64,000 nucleotides of DNA from Balanoglossus misakiensis (Eukaryota; Animalia; Hemichordata), in contig CM082577.2 in the NCBI GenBank assembly GCA_040954595.2, forward strand, positions 16,995,903-17,059,902, read 5' to 3'. Below are positions 13,938-26,578 of this stretch, piece by piece. The position numbers were made by a program, and so were the translations under genes. The first letter of the stretch is position 1, and each line of letters opens with the position of its first letter. The notes under the pieces were generated by a model. The model made no database searches. It was not told the DNA's origin and saw only the letters and a list, made by a program, of their open reading frames with translations.

Positions 13938-14062
13938 ATCATCATCACCATCATCATCATCATCATCATCGTTGTCGTCATCATCATCGTTGTCGTCATC
14001 ATCATCATCATCATCATCGTTGTCGTCATCTTCATCGTCGTTGCTGTCGTCATCATCATCAT
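13938..14062. repeat. (TCA/TCG)n trinucleotide repeat encoding a poly-Asp tract on the minus strand
   Basis: Directly visible inside ORF 13581-14906. Confidence 0.9.
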
Positions 14063-17000
14063 TTCTATCATTATCCTGGTCACTTTCACTGGTCATATCT
14101 TGACTTCTGTCTTCTGTGTCCCTCTCACCACATCTGTCTCCTGTATTTACACGACTGATGTGAGACAGCCTGGCATCCTCTCTCTGTTTTGCAAATTTTG
14201 CTTTGATCCGACTAATACCGTCTGTCAAAGTCTCAGGAGTACTGTCATGTGTGACTGGTCTATCAGTACAGTCTATATTCACTTCAGTAGGGTGGGCTTG
14301 TATGTTGTTTGTACTGATGTAGCCTAGTATGGTTATGAGGTTGGATTTAAGCTCATCCACACTGTAGACTTTCCCTTTACTGGAGAACATCAGGACTTCT
14401 CTGTCCATGTCTGAGGTGGGATAGGTGTCTTTAAGATAGCTGATATGGGTTTTCAATGCACTTAGCTGCCCTCCTTTGGTGTGGAACTGGTCTATATACG
14501 TGGTGACATCAGAATATGATGTACATGGACCGCCATGCTGCTCAATGAACAGCTTCCGTTCATCATGCTGTTTCTTCTTTTTTGCTGCCAACTTCTCATG
14601 CACTGATGCAGCCTGCTGCATGGCTTCTGCTTTAGTTTTGTTGTTGTCATCTTCTAACTTCTTATACACTGTTTCCCACTTTCTTCTCTCTTTTCTTGCT
14701 TTCTTTAGGATGTTCACATACTTCTCGTGATCCTTCTCAGAGAGAGCTAGGAGCCATGCTGCTGTATTGTTGCACTTGAACATCGTAGCTCCTTCAGCAG
14801 CTATCATTCCTAAGGATGGCTTGGCTTGCTTTAGAGACGCCCAGTACCCAAAGTCATTCTCACCACGCTTATTGGTCTTCTCCATGGTTTTTGTCTGCGC
14901 CCTCACATCTGCTGAGATATTGGTGCTGTACTTTCCATGCAGTTGGTCTGGACAGCGACGTTCAAAACTACAAGCAGACTACTGCATATAGTTTCCAGGG
15001 CTTGTTTTGTCATGGTGGCAAATTGCTGTGAGCTTTCTGCATACAGAGAATCAAACACTTCATCCTTTACTGGCACTATGTCACCACTTAGGGGCTGGAA
15101 CAGTGGTGGCATATTTACATCAAGCAAAGGTGATGAATCTCTGCTCCATTCATCCAATTTATTGTATGCGGTCTGTAGGTGTTGAGAAAGATCCATGATG
15201 TGCAGAGTTTGCATCTCAACCAAGCGCCAATATGGCTCAGTAAACTGCTCGTGTAGAATTCCCAGGGCACGAGCAGCTGCAAGCAAGGGTTCACTCTGCA
15301 CATCAGCCAGCACTGCACGCAAAAGCTTGTTGCCTGCTTTTGCATAGCCATCATTAAACATGTTGGCGACATGCTTCCTGTGGTAGTAGACACCAGCTGC
15401 ACATTCAAACAAGATATTAAATCTGTTTGCTCTGAATGGTTTCACCTCACAAGATTTGATGCCATTGATTTCTCGATAGGTCTTGAATTGTCCAATGGCT
15501 CCTGCCTGTTGGTTTCCTCCAGGTGAAACTGCTCCACACACTGTCCGAATCATACGCTGCGTAGCAGAATCTACATGTTTCCAACTGTACTCGCCGTTCC
15601 TGTCTTGAAATTCCCTCAATTTCTCTACTCCCAATTGTCCATACATCTTCCTCCATAGATTTTCAAGGTCTTTCAGAGCAGCATTACTGTATGTAGCACA
15701 ACCAATTAGTGTGTGAAGATTACAGTACAGATGGTTCATATGGGACATTTGCTGTTTAGATTCTTCATCCAATTCATGCCAGTTTTGGATGATATCGGGA
15801 AGTATGGTACGGCGATACATTTCAAGCTGGCGATTGAAACTTTTCTGGGTAGTAGCTTGATCTCCCATTGTATTTTTGATTTTGCCCACCAGCACTTTTG
15901 CTGTCTCGCTGGTATTTTCACCATCTAGGAGGTCAGCAACTTTATTGATTACAAAATGAAATGCCTTCATCTGTGTCTGTGCATCACCTGCATGTACTTC
16001 AATCAGCCCAGATGTCAAAGTATTACCAGCATCAACGTTGACTTCAAAGTCAATAACTTTTACTCCATCTCGACTGGTTCCATCACTATGTTGCGTGGCA
16101 TACTGTGTCTTCTGCAGCTCTACACCTACATGGATAGATGACACCAGATTTGCCTCTGCAGCAATACTTTTGCAGAATGTCTCGGATGGAAAATCACTTG
16201 GACCAACATTGAACTTTGCAATAACTCGCAGTACTGTTTCTGCAACCTTAGACATGTTCTTTGAGCTAACCCCGAGACTTCCCAGCGCCATATAACAGTG
16301 CCGTACATCACTTGTGTAAGTACTTGATTAGTGAGGGCCTTCTTTCATAACTAGCTTTCTTCCTTCTTTCATTTCTGTTTCTAGATTTTCTACCTGTGCT
16401 GCAAGTGTTGTTTGTTCTTTCTTCAGTCTCTTTATCTCAAGGTCTTTGTTTCGTAATTCGTCATCATGGTCTTCCCGCTTCTTTCCTTTTTTTGCTCTGT
16501 AATACTGCCTTGATTCTCTAAATTTATCTCTCTGTTGCTTGTATTTGGTGCTTTCTTCTTTGTATTTGTCTGCTGCATCACTTTCAGTTTGCAACAATTT
16601 TCCAACTCTGTCAGCTGCACTTTCAATGCTTCTATCTTCTTATCTCTATATGCCTCTCTCCGGTCGACATTGAAGGGATGATAGTGGACCAAGCGATCAC
16701 TCAGTATCTTTTCCTTTTCTTCAAGAACTTTCTCATGTTTTTGTATTTTTTGTTGTTCCTTGCGTTTTTGTTTTAGACAATTTTGTAGCTTGATTTCTGC
16801 CTGCCTGCATTCAACATACGCAGCACACAGGAGATCATCTTTATACTTCAGCTGTCTTTTCAAATTCCTTTTTTCGATCTCAGTAGATTGCCATTGCTCA
16901 GGAACTGGTTGAGATAATACACTGGACATTTTTTGTTTCTGACCAGGTAGGATGAAGGGGGAAGTTTTCATCTGCTGAATAACACCAATATCATTGTTAC

Positions 17001-17557
17001 GTACAGCTGTGTCTCTCTTCATTTTATTATGGCAGAATGAATATCTCCATGTATGTGGTAGAACAGCAGCACATCTGTCCTTTCCAAACAATCTTTCCAT
17101 CCACACCACGGCTTCTTTTCGACTTTTTCCATTTTTGTCTCTGAAAATTTCTATTTCCGCTATTACCATATCTGTGACCGTCTCATGTGTATATGTTGCT
17201 TTTCCTTCAAGTACTTCCTTCGTGATTCCTAATTTTTCACACTCCTCACCAACGAATAAAGGTGATCTTCTAGGTTTATAGATACTTTCAATTGGGTTGG
17301 TTAATTTCTGCTTTATCTCTTCATCAGTCTTACACTTCATGAGTTCCCTTTCTACCTTTCTCGTCAAATCAGATATTTTTTGGGGGAGGTTAATTTTTTC
17401 ATCAAGAATCATAAGAGCAGTGGGCAGATGCTCACTGACACTCATTTCTTCCTGGCAAATTATGTACTCTAAAGTTGACACCACACCATATGTTATTTTT
17501 GCTGCATCATCAAAGGAAACTGAAAGTGAGTGGGATCAAGAGAAATGAGAAATCAGG

Positions 17558-17589
<32 letters not shown>

Positions 17590-17615
17590 AGAATGAGAGA
17601 GAGAGAGGGAGAGAA
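17558..17615. repeat. (GA)n microsatellite
   Basis: Directly visible. Confidence 0.85.
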
Positions 17616-20600
17616 TGAAAATTTCATTCCACTTTTTAAAAAATAATCATGTACACAATTCTATTTGAATATTAATGAAAATTAGATTTAATAACAATAA
17701 ACAGAAAAAAAACAATACCATTTAGAAATAAAATTCAAATTAATTCTTGTTAATTCAGGGTTTCCCATAGCAAATTGTCATCACTTGAAAACTATATATC
17801 TGAAACAAAAAAATGATAAAGAACAATTAATAAACACCGCAAAAACACAGAAATAAAATCTCTACTGAAAATCTAAAGATATTTCAAAATGATAAAAATA
17901 TTATAATAATTGATAAAATCACTATGTTATTAGTAAAACTAAAACGAATCGAAGTATCCCGACCAGGACTCAAGTTTAACAGTGTGCACAGTTTTTATTC
18001 GTAATTACGGAATTTACTGGTTAGTAGCGGTCACTGAAGTTCTGAACATATCTGCGGCCGGTGATCGTATACCCGGAAGTTAACTGCGGCCGTTGGTGAT
18101 CGTATGCACGGCAAACCAAACCAATGAAAATGCCCCAGTTTGAAAATCAACGATTATCATAATTCTCACAGAAAATACATTTGAAACTTCAAAAAATAAC
18201 GAAAACAAACTCCATACCTGGACGTGAATGGTCCCGCAGCAGACAGCGGGCTCCGTCGAGCGTGAGCGGTGTTCCGTTGTCACCGAGAAGATCAACAAGT
18301 TTTTCCCTGAACTCGGCCATTTTTACTCTGCTACAGTGAATAGCTCGTTATTTCCGGACGTCGCATTCGCTTGTACTACGATGATTTATATATTAATAAA
18401 AAGACTAGATTCGAAATTTTCTTATCATAAAACTGTTTTTATTGTTGCATAGAGAAGATTTTTCAGTAAAATGCAGTTACACCATCGTGTAGATCGAATT
18501 TGGGGCTATTAATGAATGTATTATTCTGGCCCGATCGCCCTTCGGCGATCTCCGGAAAGCATTTGAAAAACCCGATTACTTGTTGTGGATAGCCACAATG
18601 GGCGGCCGCCGGTTGCCGCTATGCGAGTTTCTGTTGATTTTGGAGCACATGTATCGAATGTTAGAAGACGTTTAGAAACATGAAACTTAGTGAGTTTAGG
18701 CGGTTTTTCCTGATTATTAAAATGATTCATTTAGTTTACTTCATTTCTTAATATTGTTTATATTACGATCCCGAGAATTTTGCATGTCGTCCAGCGTGTA
18801 CAGTGTGCACACGCCACCCAAGAACAGGTTTTCCGTGACCTGTGACCCCCCTACTGTAAGTACAATGATGTGACAAGCAGAGATTTCAGGCCCTGTCAGA
18901 TTTCTGTGTCTACAGCACTCTATACAGCCATGTCATCATATCACTACACAATTATGTTATCACAGCATGTGATACAGACCTGTACACCAGCCTCACACAA
19001 CAATGATATCTTTACTGACACAGACTTGCACCCTTGTGTTATGTTAGGGTCTGTACAGGAGCTGTCACAGGGCCAATATGTTTTGCTGTGATATACAAAC
19101 ATGCCAAAATAAAGTCAATGTTTTATGTAAATCATATTGAATGAAGAAAGCCACAACACACATGCACAAAAATATTGATTCTAAATTTGTTCACATGTTT
19201 GCAGTATTTCATTTCTTTATAGTCTAATATACAGAGAAAAGATGAAAAGCCATGAGAACACCCAAGGCAGGTCTCTTTACATATCTCCAACACAAGCACG
19301 AGGTGGAAATTAAATACAAGCAGAATGCACTGGAAGTTGAGAGAAGACGGATTACCCTACAAGAGAGACAATTTTAATTCAAATGAAAATGTTAGAGCAG
19401 CTTAGCAAAAGAAATTAAAACAGTTTCTAATTTTGTTCCCAGTTTAATGTTGTTGTTTTCACAGAAATTAGTTGTATATTTCAACTTTAACAAAATAAAA
19501 TTATCATCACCATATAAACAATGTTGCCTTATAGTATATTGGGATAACATTTATTTGTGACAAAATGCCCAAAACATTTAAAAAACTCAGTACAGTTGGA
19601 AAGTTCTACTATTTTAGAAAAAGTCATATGAAAATGTAATGTCTCAGTGGAGTACATTTACTTCCATGTGTATTATTGAATGAGATCATGTTTTGTTTAT
19701 GAGGTTTTAAAGTGGGAAATGCTACGTGTTCATTGTATTTTGCATTTTCTCATGGTGGCAGCCATATTCCTTTGAGGCAAAGCTTTATAATGTATCTGTT
19801 TAAAACCTGCATATGCACTCACACTTGGGGTTTATAGTAGCCCAATGTAGGCGTACGGCGTGTGAAGCACCCGGGCGCGGCACTCGTACGATTGATCGAT
19901 GTTGTGTTGAAATCAGGCCAGTAATTGAGTTAAAACTTGGCTAATATGTTACCTTAGAGTGTTATACACTATCCAGTAACTTTTACTTGACAAGTGTCTT
20001 TTAGAAACCGTTTTCCCCACGATAAACGCGTCGTTTCACGAGCTACGCAACACTTCCGTATTTACAAGCCGAACATTGAGAGGTCAACGTAGGGCCTATA
20101 CTTCCGGGTCATATCGTCGAAGTACATCGATTATTTTTAAGCTGACCGTTACACAGGCATTTCGAATTAATTTCTTTTCAGGGATGTTGGGACCGATATT
20201 AGACCTATCTGTCACGAAAACTTGGTTAACTTCCGAGGTCGTCTTCAAATGATTTTTGGCACGTTTGTGGACGTCTCTTCCGAGGTCACCAACATACCAC
20301 CGAAAACACGTTAAAAACTACTACTATTACCGACAGATTCTCATAAAATTTACGTCTGCAGTGTAAAATGGGAATCACTTTTGTAATTTATCAAGCTAGC
20401 ATGGTATTTTATTGTATCACGGAGTGTAAAAATCAAGTTGAAAATCACCTTGAAAACTGGCCTATTTAACGGTCGCTGGCTTGACAAACTTTCATATGCA
20501 AATGAGCACCGTGCGATCTGACTGTCAAGGGAATAGACTAGAGCTGCCGGTTGCTTGAAATCAAGTGTATACAATATGTTTCAATTGTGTACTTACGCAA

Positions 20601-21626
20601 GTCAATTAAATGTGCATAAACTGTCAATCAAATAATTCAAACTACGTTAGATCCGTTGTATCGGCAATGATTGTTGAGTCCGATGAGAAGCGTTTCAGCG
20701 ATTTTGCAATATTATACGATAATCTACTGCGGTCTATTTTATGCATTTTGTGCGCAAGGCTTATACAAAGTAGGCTATGTTGAAATGAAACATTTTTATC
20801 TTTAAAATCTGAGAAATATCGCTCGTTAGTGACACTAATCCGTTGCATGTCCGCCATTATGAGAAGTCTCGCAAAGTCTCGCCCTTTTATACGGGAGTTG
20901 GGGGTTTAAGAAATGAAACAGTATTAACATGGCATATTTTTCGTGAAACAATTTCTTTTACAGGCAAGACGAAAATCCTGAGAAACTGATGAATAAAATG
21001 TCAACATACCAAGTGTTCAGATTTTTTCGTGTGTGTGATGAGTCTGACAGAAATGAATGAGTTGAGTGTTTGAAAAGTGAGATTTGAAGTGTTTGAACTC
21101 CAGTGTGCGCAAAACAAGTCATTGACAAAAATATAAATTAGAATGGTTAAATTTAACACGATATGTTTTATTTGATAAACATTTTAAAAATCAGAGTACA
21201 TGTATTTACAATTCAGAGGCCGGAGGGTAACTCACTCTGTGCGGATCAAATCAAGACAAAATGTGAATTCAAAGTAAAACGAAGAAAAGCTCAACAAAAA
21301 TCTAAAACGCAACTGTAACCTCTATCACTCATTTTCATTGTTAACTCATTTTCATCGTTGACTTGATAACACACAGATTTAGTTAAACAACACACACACA
21401 CATTTATTATAGTGTACTGTACTGGTCTTTTATTTTCATCACTCAGTCAGCTCAGTGAGATCCATCAAACTAGTACTCTAGTCTCCAACATTTACATAAA
21501 AGTCCATTTTCAGCATGTTTTGCATACTGGAAAGGAGCTTCTCTAGAGTATTTGATAAATCCAAACAAGAAGAGCATGCTTTAGCAGAAGGCAAGTTTCT
21601 GTTTGAACTAACAATTCTCCTTTGTT

Positions 21627-23108
21627 TCATACTACACCAAACCTGGAAAGCTCTCTGCCAAAATGGAAATCCTCAATGTTCCTCAGTGGTGGGGTTTCTA
21701 AGACAAGAGTCATTAAGTAGCTAACTGAAGAAACTTTGAGCCTTGCTCTTGAGTTTGTTTTGATTCTGTTATACCTGGAGAAGCCCCTTACACAGTCAGC
21801 AGTGTTGGTGGGAAGATTCAATGCAATTCTTACCAATCTTACAATATTTGGGTAGATTTCATCACACTTGTGCCTCATTAACACACTCCAGACATCCTGG
21901 AATGTCATTGCTCTGTAGTTGTCAGATAACACATGTTTCAACAAACAGCATTCATCATAGAGCTCCCTAGGATCTATGATTGCAGGATAAGTTTTACCAT
22001 TTACACATTAACTTCTCCATAGAAATTATATAGAATGGTGATTTCCTTTTCACCATATTCTTTGAATCCTGGGGAAGAGGCTAGTGGCATTTGGCAAGGG
22101 ACAAAAATACCAAAGGCTTTAATCAAGTCAGCCTGTTCAAATCTGCTCTCAAGATTTGCTATCAATTTATCAATGAACTGTCATCAATTTATCAATGAAC
22201 TGTCTCCTACTACTCTCAGAAATCTTTCGTTTTACTTGACTATCACAGATAATGATACCGTCTTCCCCTTCAGGTAATTCTACAACAAATTCATTCTGAA
22301 GGTTTTCAAAGATATTGTTACCAATATTCTTAATGTAAAACTTACTCTGACCCTCTGTGTATGGAATACTATCGAGAAACGCTTTCAGTCTGGCACCAGG
22401 ATTTTCTTTCATGTCTTTCAAGGTGTAATGTTGCCATAAATTTATAGTTAGACACTATTTTCAGCAGTCCTATTGCTGCTGACTCTCCATTGTCGGCATC
22501 ACTGGCCAAGCACAACATCATTGCCCTCAGATTAGCTATCACAGCCTCTACAGAGCCAGTCACTGACAGCCACCTTGTGTCACATGGTCTAACAAACAAT
22601 CTCGCTTGCTGGCCTAAAATTCCAAATATATTGTTCAGCCTAGCTCTGTGTTTCGTTGAATAATGGAAGTAATTAAAAATTTGAACAAGATGTTGTTCAA
22701 ATTTGTCAATTAATTTAACACTGCGGGCTGCTTGCAATGTGCAGAGGCAAGAGCTAATCTGTGGGCACTATACAATGGATGGCTATGAGATATGGATTTA
22801 CCTCATTCTTAAGACGAGTTGCTGCACCCTTGTGTTTCCCGGTCATTACAGACGCGCCATCTGCCCCAGCACTATACATGTTTTTTATATCCACCCTCTT
22901 GCTTTGCAATATATTAATGAGGGAATTAAAATATCATCTGATGTACAACCCTCAAGACCTACAACTTCGAACTACAACTTTAGCATTTACTAAATACCGC
23001 AAGTATATTATGATTGTCTTATCCATGCCAACATCCGACATTTCATCGATCAGGACTGCAAAGCAACATGAAACATTTACTTCATTTACTACTTGTTCAT
23101 CAACAATC
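21627..23108 (-). pseudogene. hAT transposase remnant (ZNF862-like)
   Basis: LIDEMSD, DGASVMTGKH, IHC, PCDTRWLS and the dimerisation motif LPTNTADCVRGFS..NRIKT..RARL; frameshifts. Confidence 0.85.
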
Positions 23109-23900
23109 TTAAATCCCAATTTCACGGGCTTCGCTGGCATATACTGTATCATTGGTGACCGACCGCTAAATTTGCACATGGCTTCGTCGATGGAAATTTC
23201 CTTGAAGGGCAAAAACTTCAGGGGAAACTTGGAACGAATTTGGTCGATTATCGGTCGAACTTTGTACAGACAATCTCTGTCGGGGTCTTGACGGTCAGGT
23301 TCAGCGGGAGGATCGTTCACATGAAAATATTAATTGAGCTTCATAAACCGGTTTCGCGGCATGACTTTCGCTACTCCCGCGACATGAAGGCGATCATCTG
23401 TTGACCTAGCTGCAATGATTGTAGCGGGTGCTGCTAGGTTGACTGGTGTGTTCGCAGTACCCGCTACAATTATTGCAGCTACTGTTGACCATGAGTCTCG
23501 TATCTCAGGTAATCGGTGAATACCCATTAAAACATAATAAGACCAATGTACGCCTTCATTTCATTTCTGTCTACCGGACTCCATTCGCTGTCGACTTTCT
23601 GTAACAGATCTTGTTTGAACTGCGCGTATTTGTTGGTTTCGCGAACAAGGTGGTCAAGAAAATCATCGGCCATGAACAGCTGAAAGAAATCAAGCTGATC
23701 GCCCGTACAGTCGAGATCGTGGAACGGCCCAGACACGTTGCCGTTAAAATTAAATATAGTTATATCTTCTTTGGAAGTTTCTGACCACTGCACATCGGCT
23801 ACGACAATATCGTCTGCGCGAAGGTCTTCCAACAGACGTTCAGCCAGCTCGGTCGGGTCGATACCGCTTCCATTCTGGCGCTGGTACTAGTGGTAGGCTT
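23109..23900 (-). pseudogene. piggyBac transposase N-terminal half
   Basis: FFQLF...LVRETNKYA, EMKAYIGL, MPRNRF, YKVRPII, ISIDEAM and QYMPAKPVKLGFKI; truncated at ~23110. Confidence 0.85.
23407..23481. mobile_element. 75-bp micro-MITE with 9-bp TSD
   Basis: TSD CTGTTGACC at 23398-23406 and 23482-23490; 28-bp TIR TAGCTGCAATGATTGTAGCGGGTGCTGC with 2 mismatches. Confidence 0.85.
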
Positions 23901-24723
23901 CACAGGCAATTTCCGTCCGTAGTTGCTGTTCCGTAATTGCTTCAGTCGTGAACCCTTCAAATTCATCGCCGGAGTCAGAATCCCCCAATAAAATGTCCCA
24001 AACATTGTTTCGTACTCACGGGGTTGACATTGCAAATCAAAACAAACTTTTAAATGAATATTCACACATGTAAATCCAGACGCGTCGACCGCGTCTGACG
24101 TGAAAGAAAGGTCAGGTCGGGGGGGGGGGGGGGGATTATTGATTATTCATGAGAGGGGCGGTAAAATGTATTCAATTCGGCATGACGTCGAAGGCAACAT
24201 GTTCACACGTGTCAGTGATTTATGTGTAGCTGTCACGGCTAGAATAAGCGATGTAATCACTTTGTGTGTACCCTTATGATCAATCTGATTAAAATCAGAT
24301 GTAGGGAACGGCGACGTGGTTTTTTTATGCTGTCGCCTCACACTACATCTGACCAACTCCCAATGGAGATCCCGCTGAACTCTCGCGTTCCGACCCGGCC
24401 AATCAGATTGCGTGTTATGCCGACTAAAGAATTGCACTGGGAGATGGGAGAAATGTTGTTGTTGACTTCGAGTATATTTACGTTTATTTCATTTCAGTAC
24501 TTGTGGCCAAACTATACAATACAGTGAAAACAGTTCTAATACTTGAAGTGAGTATTTATTGCATTACAAGGCCTCCGGCCCATATACAGTATAGTTCTCA
24601 GCATAAAAATTGGTGAGGTCATACAGGGCTCTTAAAGATGCTATTTTACAGAGAATGGTTTCTTTTGATAAATGCATAATGGACGTATTTACATAAATTG
24701 ATTAATAAATCAGGTTGAGTAGA

Positions 24724-25220
24724 TTACAAAAGTCTATGAAATTTAACATGGTTGGTATCGTTATAGAAATAAAAGGGAATGTGTTTTTGTCTTAGCTCTT
24801 TGTAAAATGGACAAATCAGCAGAAAATGAAATTCGTCTTCCAGAAGTCTGAGGTTACATAATAGGCAAAGTCTATCTGTTAAATCAATGTTGTGGTGTCT
24901 CCCTACTTCAATACCCAGTTGCATCACGGAGCATCGAAAACGGGCAAAAGCTCTTATGTACTTGGTGTTACAATTTAATGAAAGGTATTTCTCAGGTTCT
25001 AATAAACTCTTGAAACAAGCATAAGTGCGTAGTTTGGGTTTTTGGGTGATACCGTATTTCCACTGTTGTTTACAGATATCCGAAACTCGGGCAGTAAATT
25101 CAGAAATAAATAAATGTCTGTCGCCTACTTCCTGGAACAGCCAGGCATATCCAAAACCATAGGAAAATAAAATGTTTTTCAAAGACGTTGCCCAAGTCTG
25201 TCTGCCCGAGTATCGCACAG
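24724..25220 (-). mobile_element. 3' end of a non-LTR retrotransposon ORF2 (RTE-X/Crack-like)
   Basis: KLRTY..FK..LEPEKYL, RFRCS..LGIEVGR and CCHC motif RLCLLC...EDEFHFLLICPFY. Confidence 0.75.
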
Positions 25221-25429
25221 AATACGAAAGATTGGCTTTCTCTTGTGAACAATTACATGTAATCCCATGGTATCTTTCTTTGTTTGGCGTCATCGTATGC
25301 GAGTGGTTTTCGCAGAGCAGTGAAACGTCGAGCTGTAGCCATATACAAATGATGAACTGTCGTTGATCATTTATAAACTCTCCTAACAAGTCATGTTCGC
25401 CCTCGTAGTCATGCTGCCAGTCGGGAAAA

Positions 25430-25917
25430 TACGGTTGACCTTTTTGTCTCTCCTGAGGAACAACGTTGGATTTGACATAAAAATAACTCTGCGGCAGGTG
25501 TGTGTAAATCATGACGTCTGCTACATGTCGCTTGGCAAACAGCTGGTACCCGTCTTCCGATTTCAACTTGCGAAGGCGTTTACAGTCAAACTGACAAACG
25601 GAGCTCAAATAAACCAAAACGTCAACAAGTTGAGGTAAATTAAAAAGGCTACTACTCCAGTCCTTGCTTGGAATACCCCGAACATCGGGGAGTTCAAAGT
25701 CAACACTGTCGTCTGTTTTGATAGTTCGTCGCCGCTTCATCGATGTCTCCAAATCGTCAGGTTCGAAAATCACCGGCAAGTGTATAGTCGCCGCCTTCTC
25801 GGCTAAACCTATTAACTGTGGCTTATTTTGGTTGCCCACGGCAATTCCCCGTTCCTTTAAGTAAAGTTTCAACTCGTCGACTCTCATTTTTGCAAAAACT
25901 GTCACCATTGTGTACAA
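25430..25917 (-). pseudogene. N-terminal fragment of a transposon accessory ORF with SAP-like start; host of the large MULE insertion
   Basis: MRVDELKLYLKERGI..NKPQLI is SAP-like; KS.DGYQLF and KSNVVPQERQ..PY resemble N-termini of SWIM/YqaJ ORFs of ISL2EU-type elements; candidate end ATAGGGGACTTTCTAG (minus) at ~42946-42961. Confidence 0.45.
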
Positions 25918-26018
25918 GTGAGCAAGAGGTCAGGTCACTTTTATCGTCTGCATGTTAATTCAATGGCGCAACTTTGGGGGTTGTCCCACGCAGACGGTAG
26001 AAGTTGCAACTGGAAAAT

Positions 26019-26195
26019 GACCTGAGGGCAGCGCTGCCCTCAGGGCAGCAGCAAATGGGTACACAACATTCAATGACGTCACAAAAAATAGTCCCGCGTA
26101 AGAACCCATGCGGCGAGTGCCAAGTCCTGGCTGCCAGTGTCCTGCATGCTGCAGATTACACCTCGTGTGGGATCCTACCGTTGTTGAAGGTAAGT
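26019..26195 (+). promoter_or_regulatory. Candidate inward-facing TIR promoter and non-coding first exon (mirrored at 42667-42843)
   Basis: Two AP-2-like sites at 26019-26047, CRE palindrome TGACGTCA at 26074-26081 and a consensus donor AAG|GTAAGT at 26189/26190. Confidence 0.5.
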
Positions 26196-26578
26196 TAAAT
26201 TCCCGAAAGATATGTTGAAAATACATAATATATCAACACGTTCGTACTGACTACATTAGCAGAGTTGCATGGGCAATTAAATTTGCAAACGATGTTATTT
26301 TGTTAGTAATATCTAATGGTTCGCAGCTGACCAGGCCCTCATGATGCATGCACGAGACATATATATTAAACATGACAGAAAAATTACAACTTCTTTAGAA
26401 ATTCGTTGCATAGTGAATATCCGATAATACCTCCATGTGTATATCTATCAATCTGCTCTGATCGTAGCAATATTAAGAGGTTATAACTTATAAACGGCAA
26501 GCTAGGCTATTTGGTTTTGAATATGAGACCTCTGGGGTAAAAATTAGCATATTTGGCAGGCGGGAAATACTAGTAATC

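Larger units (their letters stand above)
13581..18895 (-). mobile_element. Frameshifted hAT-like (CxxH-type DDE) DNA transposon
   Basis: ORFs 16432-17484, 16328-16597, 14903-16291 and 13581-14906 join through frameshifts. Motifs SDGTS, NTMGDQA, YCNLH, NRFNILF and TNKRGENDFG. One CAGGGCCTGAAAT terminus at 18883-18895 (minus strand); the other end was not found. Subgroup uncertain. Confidence 0.65.

Noticed and set aside
19750-20910. Possible non-autonomous DNA transposon (CpG-rich block ending GGGGGTTTAA)
   Set aside because: No matching second TIR or TSD could be identified.
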